This document shows, piece after piece, positions 33,021 to 38,234 of a stretch of 38,234 nt of DNA. A program made the translations under genes and the position numbers. A model generated the notes under the pieces. That model did no database searches. It was given only the letters and a program-made list of their open reading frames with translations, and was not told the origin of the DNA. Each line of letters begins with the position of its first letter. Positions within the stretch are counted from its first letter, which is position 1. The stretch spans positions 1 to 38,234 of the forward strand of contig CAJVYK010000001.1 of NCBI GenBank assembly GCA_913009865.1, written 5' to 3'. This DNA is from an uncultured bacterium. Its GTDB lineage: Bacteria > Planctomycetota > Phycisphaerae > Sedimentisphaerales > Anaerobacaceae.

Positions 33021-34078
33021 GCGACACACTTACTGACAATCCCGCCCTCGAGCGCAGCGAAGGGTTGAGCAGAGAGAAGATACAGCAACTCCTTGCCGCT
33101 GTTGGTTCCCAGGTATCAGAGGATACCACACAAATAGAAGCTGTTGAATACAATTGGCGTCAGCCCCGCTATTTCGATAGCGGCCAGCTCAAAAAACTTG
33201 ACGATTTCACAAAAAAAGCCGCTGCAACGATAGCTGAGAAATTTGCCGCTTTGTGCCATAGTGATTTCGATGTGATAATTACTTCAACCACCCAGCACTT
33301 TGCCGCTGAACTTCTGGAGCAGAACTTAGAGGATATGCAAAACGATTATTACCTGACTTTCGGCGCAGACCGGGAACGTCCGTACGGGCTGGTTGGAATA
33401 GCTCCTCGCACTGCGACTACCTGGGCGAGACAACTGCTTGGAGATACCGAGTCCGAAAAAGATTCAGACGGTAATTTATCGCAATTGGAGGAATCGCTTT
33501 TACTGGATTTCGCCTCTGCCATTGTCAGGGCATTTGCCGAATCCGGCCCGTTGTCAACCGCTGTGGTGCGGAACGATTTCCAGACGGCCAAAGGCATTGT
33601 CAGGGGACAGCCCCGCCTGCTGCTGACAGGGGTAGAGGGTATGGAGGAACTCTGCAAGATTAGTTTCAGCGTTGAAAAGGCCGGCTCCGAAGAAGCGGGA
33701 ACGACAGCACCAGCGAAAGCGGGGGCAGAAAACGGCCCTGAAGCTTACCTCTTAATACCCTGCGGCAGACTGGAACTGTTGATTGATGCCGGCAGAGGAA
33801 AAAGACCCGGCGCTACCAACGCATTTTCAGCCGAGGATGTTTCGAAAGTAATCCTTGAGCATTTACAGGAAATGTCGGTTTCTGTTACCGCTCAACTGGC
33901 TTCCACGGTGCTTACTTTCGAAGAGATAATGGGGCTTGGCGTTGATGATATATTGTTACTTGATAAGAGAATCGATGAGCCGGTTGAACTGATTGTCGAA
34001 GGCCGAACGGTTTTTCGCGGCCGACCTGCGAAATCAGCCGGTAAGTATGCTGTGGTAATTACAGAACTGGGTTCGTAG
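33017..34078 (+). CDS. fliM: Flagellar motor switch protein FliM.
   Basis: The N-terminal LSREKIQQLLAAVG resembles the LSQxEIDxLL CheY-P-binding motif. The C-terminal SpoA-type domain is VDDILLLDKRIDEPVELIVEGRTVFRGRPAKSAGKYAVVITEL. Confidence 0.9.
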   Translation: MSDTLTDNPALERSEGLSREKIQQLLAAVGSQVSEDTTQIEAVEYNWRQPRYFDSGQLKKLDDFTKKAAATIAEKFAALCHSDFDVIITSTTQHFAAELLEQNLEDMQNDYYLTFGADRERPYGLVGIAPRTATTWARQLLGDTESEKDSDGNLSQLEESLLLDFASAIVRAFAESGPLSTAVVRNDFQTAKGIVRGQPRLLLTGVEGMEELCKISFSVEKAGSEEAGTTAPAKAGAENGPEAYLLIPCGRLELLIDAGRGKRPGATNAFSAEDVSKVILEHLQEMSVSVTAQLASTVLTFEEIMGLGVDDILLLDKRIDEPVELIVEGRTVFRGRPAKSAGKYAVVITELGS

Positions 34079-34108
34079 TTATGAGTTCATAGTTCATAGA
34101 CTACGAAC
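34071..34108 (+). other. Hairpin spanning the fliM stop codon in the fliM-fliN spacer.
   Basis: The arms gttcgtagt (34071-34079) and actacgaac (34100-34108) form a 9-bp stem with a 20-nt loop. The loop contains the tandem gttcata gttcata. Confidence 0.3.
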
Positions 34109-34133
34109 TAAATAATTAAAAGGAAGTGAAAAT

Positions 34134-34541
34134 ATGGCAGAGACAACTGAAGCTGTGGAAGAAAAGGCCGAAGAAAAACAGGAACAGCAAAACGATACTG
34201 AGCAGGCGGACTCGAAAACACAGGTACAATCTGTTGAATTTCCCGAAGCCGCCGGGCCGAAGGTTGGCGGTTCCGGGGGAAGCATTGACATTCTGCTTGA
34301 TATGAACATACCTGTTACGGTTGCTGTCGGTAAAAAACAGATGCCGATACGGCGGCTTTTACAGCTTGGTCCCGGCTCGGTATTGAAGCTCGATAAACCT
34401 GTTGATGCACCGGCGGAGTTGTACCTGAAGGACACTAAGTTTGCCACTGGAAATGTGGTAGTGGTGGACGGCTGTTTCGCTATCAGAATAAAACAGGTTC
34501 TTGGCCTTGAAGATTCGGCTGCGAAGACAGACGCAACATAA
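34134..34541 (+). CDS. fliN: Flagellar motor switch protein FliN.
   Basis: IDILLDMNIPVTVAVGKKQMPIRRLLQLGPGSVLKLDKPVDAPAELYLKDTKFATGNVVVVDGCFAIRIKQVL is a SpoA/FliN domain. An AGGAAG RBS is present. Confidence 0.9.
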   Translation: MAETTEAVEEKAEEKQEQQNDTEQADSKTQVQSVEFPEAAGPKVGGSGGSIDILLDMNIPVTVAVGKKQMPIRRLLQLGPGSVLKLDKPVDAPAELYLKDTKFATGNVVVVDGCFAIRIKQVLGLEDSAAKTDAT

Positions 34542-34566
34542 GCATAAATTAGACGTTGTACGAGAA

Positions 34567-34584
34567 ACGCGATGAGTATCGCGT
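34567..34584 (+). terminator. Weak terminator/attenuator-like hairpin between fliN and flhA.
   Basis: The sequence acgcgat-gagt-atcgcgt forms a 7-bp stem with a 4-nt loop, followed by atattttac. Confidence 0.3.
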
Positions 34585-34611
34585 ATATTTTACGGAATAC
34601 GAAACACGAAA

Positions 34612-36744
34612 ATGGCAGCTTCTGATAAATCAAACTATAGAGGATTGCTGAGCGGCTCTTCGGAATCCCACAGCAATGCCATTCTGGTTGTGGGTATGGC
34701 GACGATTCTTGCCACACTTATAATCCCTCTGCCCACGTTGTTGCTGGATATGCTTCTGGCTTGCAGTATATCACTGGCGGTGGCGGTTTTAGTAATTACA
34801 CTGTCGGCAAAAGAGGCGCTGGATTTATCTACCTTCCCTTCGCTGCTGCTCTTCGTAACGCTGTTCCGACTTTCTCTTAACGTGGCCTCGACCAGACTGA
34901 TACTGCTACAGGCCGATGCCGGTAAAATTATCCAGACCTTCGGTGATTTCGTTGCCGGCGGAAGCGTAGTCGTAGGGTTGGTGATATTCTTAATCCTTGT
35001 CGTTATCCAGTTTATAGTAATCACAAAAGGCGCCGAGCGGATAAGCGAAGTTACCGCCCGTTTTACCCTCGATGCTATGCCCGGCAAACAAATGGCAATT
35101 GACGCAGACCTTAACGCAGGAACCATTACCGATGCCCAGGCCAACGAACGCAGAGGAAAAATTGTCAAGGAAAGCGAGTTCTATGGTGCAATGGATGGCG
35201 CCAGTAAGTTCATTCGCGGCGATGCCAAGGCAGGACTGATAATCACCGCCGTCAACCTCGTTGGCGGTATAGCTATAGGTTATTCACATGGTATGACGGT
35301 GGCTTCGGCCATAAAGACTTATTCTATTCTTTCCGTTGGCGATGGACTTGTCAGCCAGATACCGTCCATAATAATCTCCATAAGCTCGGGCTTTCTGGTA
35401 ACTAAAATATCATCGCGACACAGCGTTGGCCATGACCTTTCAAGGCAGTTTCTTAAGACCAGCCAGCCATTGATAATGGCATCTGTAATCATTGCTGCGA
35501 TGGCACTGGTGCCCGGCCTGCCTAAAATACCATTTTTATTGCTGGCCGCAGGCGCCGCCTTCGCCGGACGAGGCGTGGCTAAGCAGGAAAAGGGCCGTGA
35601 GAAAAAACTCGAAACACCATCTCAGCAGGCAAAAGCGGAGAAACAGCCGGTCGAGGAATTGCTGGATATCGATAGAATTTCTGTGAACGTCGGCGTGCGG
35701 CTGATTAGTATGGTTGACCCGCGTAAAAACGGCACTATCTTCGAGCGTATCGGGGCGCTGAGGAGAAGATTTGCCCAACAGCTCGGTATCATTATTCCTC
35801 TGGTTCGGCTGCGGGACAATATCAATCTCGAACCTACCGCTTACGAAATTAAGCTTATGGATATACCGGTGGCGAAGGGACGATTAGAGCCCGATATGTT
35901 CCTCGCTATGGATTCCGGTACCGTTCAAAGCAAAGTTGAGGGTATGGAAACCACCGAACCTGTTTACGGCCTGCCCGCTTTATGGATTACACCGGCCAGC
36001 AGGGAAAAAGCCGAATTAAACGGATACACCGTTATCGACCCGGAATCTGTCTTTATTACACATCTGTCCGAAACACTGAAAAAACACGCTGATGAATTAT
36101 TGACCCGCGAAGATGTTCAACTTCTCGTTGACCGGCTCCGCAAAACTCAGCCGTCACTGGTCGGAGAAGTTGTTAGCGCCGACGGCCAGGTTACTATCGG
36201 ACTGCTGCAACGCGTGCTTAGAAACCTCTTAAAGGATGGAATACCGGTTCGTGAATTAACCGCCATACTCGAATCACTGGGAGAAAATGCTTCAAAAACC
36301 AAAAATACCGCCGCTTTAACGGAGATGGTTCGCAAGTCCTTAAGCAGAACCATTACCGAGCAGTACAAAGACAAAGCCGGTAAAATTTCAGCCGTAACGC
36401 TGGAACCGGCGCTCGAACATCAGATGACCTCAACCCTCAGACAGGAAGCAGATGGAATGAGTATGGCTTTACCGGCTGATACGGCAATGGATGTAAGCAG
36501 AAAAATCGCACAGGCCTGGAAAACGGCGATGGACAACGGTAAGGAGCAGGTGATTTTGCTGTGCGATTCGAGATTACGCTCAGCGTTGGCGGCGATGCTG
36601 TCACGAACGGTGCCGCCGTTGCCGGTTATAGCTTATGACGAGGTCGTACTCGGCACCGAAGTAGAACCGATAGAAACCATATCCGTCGAGCGGGCAGGTA
36701 CTGTAACGTCTCAAGAACAACAGCTTGTCGGGACTTCAAAGTGA
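34612..36744 (+). CDS. flhA: Flagellar type III export gate protein FlhA.
   Basis: It carries FPSLLLFVTLFRLSLNVASTRLILL and DAMPGKQMAIDADLNAG, both near-invariant FlhA motifs. The length is 710 aa and there are multiple N-terminal TM helices. Confidence 0.95.
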   Translation: MAASDKSNYRGLLSGSSESHSNAILVVGMATILATLIIPLPTLLLDMLLACSISLAVAVLVITLSAKEALDLSTFPSLLLFVTLFRLSLNVASTRLILLQADAGKIIQTFGDFVAGGSVVVGLVIFLILVVIQFIVITKGAERISEVTARFTLDAMPGKQMAIDADLNAGTITDAQANERRGKIVKESEFYGAMDGASKFIRGDAKAGLIITAVNLVGGIAIGYSHGMTVASAIKTYSILSVGDGLVSQIPSIIISISSGFLVTKISSRHSVGHDLSRQFLKTSQPLIMASVIIAAMALVPGLPKIPFLLLAAGAAFAGRGVAKQEKGREKKLETPSQQAKAEKQPVEELLDIDRISVNVGVRLISMVDPRKNGTIFERIGALRRRFAQQLGIIIPLVRLRDNINLEPTAYEIKLMDIPVAKGRLEPDMFLAMDSGTVQSKVEGMETTEPVYGLPALWITPASREKAELNGYTVIDPESVFITHLSETLKKHADELLTREDVQLLVDRLRKTQPSLVGEVVSADGQVTIGLLQRVLRNLLKDGIPVRELTAILESLGENASKTKNTAALTEMVRKSLSRTITEQYKDKAGKISAVTLEPALEHQMTSTLRQEADGMSMALPADTAMDVSRKIAQAWKTAMDNGKEQVILLCDSRLRSALAAMLSRTVPPLPVIAYDEVVLGTEVEPIETISVERAGTVTSQEQQLVGTSK

Positions 36745-36797
36745 TGTGTTGCGAAACGTGAAAAGTGAGGCACAAAGGCACCGCAGAGAAGAAATGC

Positions 36798-36939
36798 AAA
36801 AATCAAAGATACCTATACCTAAGGCACAGGTGGCATAAATTAAAAATCAAAATTGTGGAATCGCCCCTAAGGGGCGATGACTTCCTTAATTTTACATTTT
36901 GATATTTGATTTTTAATATCTTTGATGCTTTGTGCCTTA
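36798..36939. repeat. Copy B of the 62-nt element, embedded in a long imperfect palindrome.
   Basis: Positions 36798-36859 match copy A. The apical hairpin is atcgcccc-taa-ggggcgat (36860-36878). The inner stem pairs attaaaaatcaaa (36839-36851) with tttgatttttaat (36905-36917). The outer stem pairs taaggcaca (36820-36828) with tgtgcctta (36931-36939). Confidence 0.7.
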
Positions 36940-36956
36940 CGAAATACGAGGTAATT

Positions 36957-37208
36957 ATGCTGTTACACGTTCGGTCAATTGCTATAAGCATTGCTGTGAT
37001 ATGTTTTTTCAGCGTTAGCTTAATCGGCTGGTTCAGCGGCCTTTCGCCGTTTACCTGCTGCAAAAGGGCCTTGACAGGGGCAGTGTTTGCGTATGTAGCG
37101 GCAGCTTTGGCTGTAAAAGCAATTAACGCTGTTTTGACGGATGCGATGATTACAAACCTTTATAAAAAGAAGCGACAAGAGGAAAAAAGCAGTGGCTCCG
37201 GAGACTAA
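36957..37208 (+). CDS. Small (83-aa) predicted 2-TM membrane protein of unknown function.
   Basis: I moved the start to ATG 36957 (M18 of the track ORF), which has a GAGG RBS 6 nt upstream; the track start lies inside the palindromic repeat. Two hydrophobic segments are present (IAISIAVICFFSVSLIGWF and GAVFAYVAAALAVKAI), plus a basic tail. It overlaps the fliA ORF by 17 nt. Confidence 0.5.
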   Translation: MLLHVRSIAISIAVICFFSVSLIGWFSGLSPFTCCKRALTGAVFAYVAAALAVKAINAVLTDAMITNLYKKKRQEEKSSGSGD

Positions 37209-38046
37209 AAAATTTGCAGGGGGGGCTGGACAGCAGCTTGTTAAGGACGGGCCCTGCACCAGAGCGGTACAGGGCGGGATTGTCAAAGATAGTCCAAAGC
37301 ATCTGAAGACAGTCGCTGTGCGCGCATACTCTAACCAAAAAAAACAGTCGGTTGAGAATGAGCAAATAGAGCGGTTTCTGCCTATGGTTCAAAAAATAGT
37401 TCAGCGGGTGATAACGTATCTAAAGCCCCCATTATCGTTCGAGGATTTGGTCTCGGCGGGGACTATCGGGCTGGTTAAGGCCGCCCGTGATTACGAGCCG
37501 TCTCACAGGGCTGAGTTCAAAACTTATGCATATATCAGAGTCAGAGGAGCTATTCTCGATGAACTGAGAAGCTTCTCACCGCTGCCTGCAAATCTGTCCA
37601 GGCAAGTTCACAATGCTCTTAAACTCAGCCAGGAAATCATCGGTCAAACAGGCACTACACCTTCTGATGCTGAGTTAGCTGACAAACTTGGAATAACTAT
37701 TGATAAACTTTATGAAACATTCGAGAATGCCCGCGCTCTGCATTTTATTTCAATCGATGGCTGTGGAGACAACGGTACCGCCCTGGGAAATCTTTTGGCG
37801 GCGGCCAACGCCACCAGACCTGATGAGCAGCTCGAACAAACCGAGCTTATAGATGAATTAGCCGAGGCGATAAAGCAATTGCCCGAGAGACAGCGGCAGA
37901 TTATTCTGCTTTATTATCAGCAGCACCTGACGATGAAGCAGATTGCCAAGGTTTTCAAAATCACCGAGCCGCGTATCAGCCAACTACACGCAAGCGCTCT
38001 ATTTAACCTGTCTGTAAAATTGAGGCAATGGGATGATAGCAGATAA
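37192..38046 (+). CDS. fliA: Flagellar sigma factor FliA (sigma-28).
   Basis: Region 2 reads FLPMVQKIVQRV...DLVSAGTIGLVKAARDYEP...FKTYAYIRVRGAILDELR. Region 4 reads LPERQRQIILLYYQQHLTMKQIAKVFKITEPRISQLHASALFNL. The GTG start at 37192 has AAGAGGA 8 nt upstream, but the exact start is uncertain. Confidence 0.9.
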   Translation: MAPETKKFAGGAGQQLVKDGPCTRAVQGGIVKDSPKHLKTVAVRAYSNQKKQSVENEQIERFLPMVQKIVQRVITYLKPPLSFEDLVSAGTIGLVKAARDYEPSHRAEFKTYAYIRVRGAILDELRSFSPLPANLSRQVHNALKLSQEIIGQTGTTPSDAELADKLGITIDKLYETFENARALHFISIDGCGDNGTALGNLLAAANATRPDEQLEQTELIDELAEAIKQLPERQRQIILLYYQQHLTMKQIAKVFKITEPRISQLHASALFNLSVKLRQWDDSR

Positions 38047-38234
38047 TGATTTTAATATAATAAAGCCGGTAGAAAGTTTGCAAAACATCGCAGGTTTGGC
38101 CCCCACAAGACGCCGTGAACAGAGAAAACGCCGAAAGGACCTGCACGAAGAGAAAAAAGGAGAATCCGAACAGGGGCCGGACAACTCTGTTGGCGAACAG
38201 GAACTCAGCGATGAACTTATTGAAAACGCCGAAG
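38033..38234 (+). CDS. Partial ORF (67 or more codons, running off the right edge) encoding a highly charged protein. The function is unknown, and an anti-sigma-28 role is only a guess.
   Basis: It is not in the ORF track. The ATG at 38033 has a GAGG RBS 7 nt upstream and overlaps the fliA stop. My translation is MIADNDFNIIKPVESLQNIAGLAPTRRREQRKRRKDLHEEKKGESEQGPDNSVGEQELSDELIENAE, with no stop before the window ends. Confidence 0.45.
   Translation, partial: MIADNDFNIIKPVESLQNIAGLAPTRRREQRKRRKDLHEEKKGESEQGPDNSVGEQELSDELIENAE

Noticed and set aside
34094-35168. Minus-strand ORFs 34094-34717 (207 aa) and 34635-35168 (177 aa).
   Set aside because: They lie opposite fliN and flhA, both of which carry near-invariant family motifs. 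These ORFs are antisense artefacts.
1-38234. CRISPR arrays, tRNA/rRNA genes, IS elements, integrases, and toxin-antitoxin or defence genes.
   Set aside because: I saw no regularly spaced repeat arrays; the duplicated element has only two copies, 4.6 kb apart. I found no cloverleaf-like or rRNA-like conserved stretches. I recognised no transposase, integrase or nuclease motifs in any substantial ORF.

Overview
This window is a flagellar gene supercluster from a diderm bacterium, since L-ring and P-ring genes are present. The taxon cannot be determined from the window. All calls come from reading the sequence and ORF translations by hand; no searches were run.

Minus strand, read right to left:
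- A consensus sigma-54 promoter (24514-24528) precedes flgD, flgE, a membrane-anchored YcgR/PilZ-like gene, flgF, flgG, flgA, flgH, flgI, a rod-binding-domain-only flgJ, a flgN-like gene, flgK and flgL (24406 down to 12512).
- A second sigma-54-type promoter (12376-12390) precedes a six-gene operon of about 11 kb (12289 down to 1092). It consists almost entirely of glycosyltransferase, methyltransferase, radical-SAM and TPR modules, and includes 1574-aa and 823-aa multi-enzyme fusions.
- The 5' part of fliD runs off the left edge. It is absent from the ORF track and I found it by translation.

A 770-bp control region separates these genes from the plus-strand genes:
- a FleQ/FlrA-like sigma-54 activator;
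- a textbook sigma-54 promoter (26897-26911);
- two TPR envelope proteins;
- a second sigma-54 activator, with no histidine kinase anywhere in the window;
- fliL-fliM-fliN-flhA;
- a small 2-TM ORF;
- fliA;
- a truncated ORF at the right edge.

I saw no rRNA, tRNA, CRISPR array, transposase or integrase.

The most interesting items are:
- the flagellum-embedded glycosylation megaenzymes, which combine radical SAM with multiple GT modules and FlmG-like TPR-GT fusions;
- the kinase-less pair of sigma-54 activators bracketing two TPR envelope proteins;
- the PilZ gene inside the rod/hook operon;
- a two-copy structured intergenic element of about 62 nt plus a hairpin, with an apparent compensatory base change.
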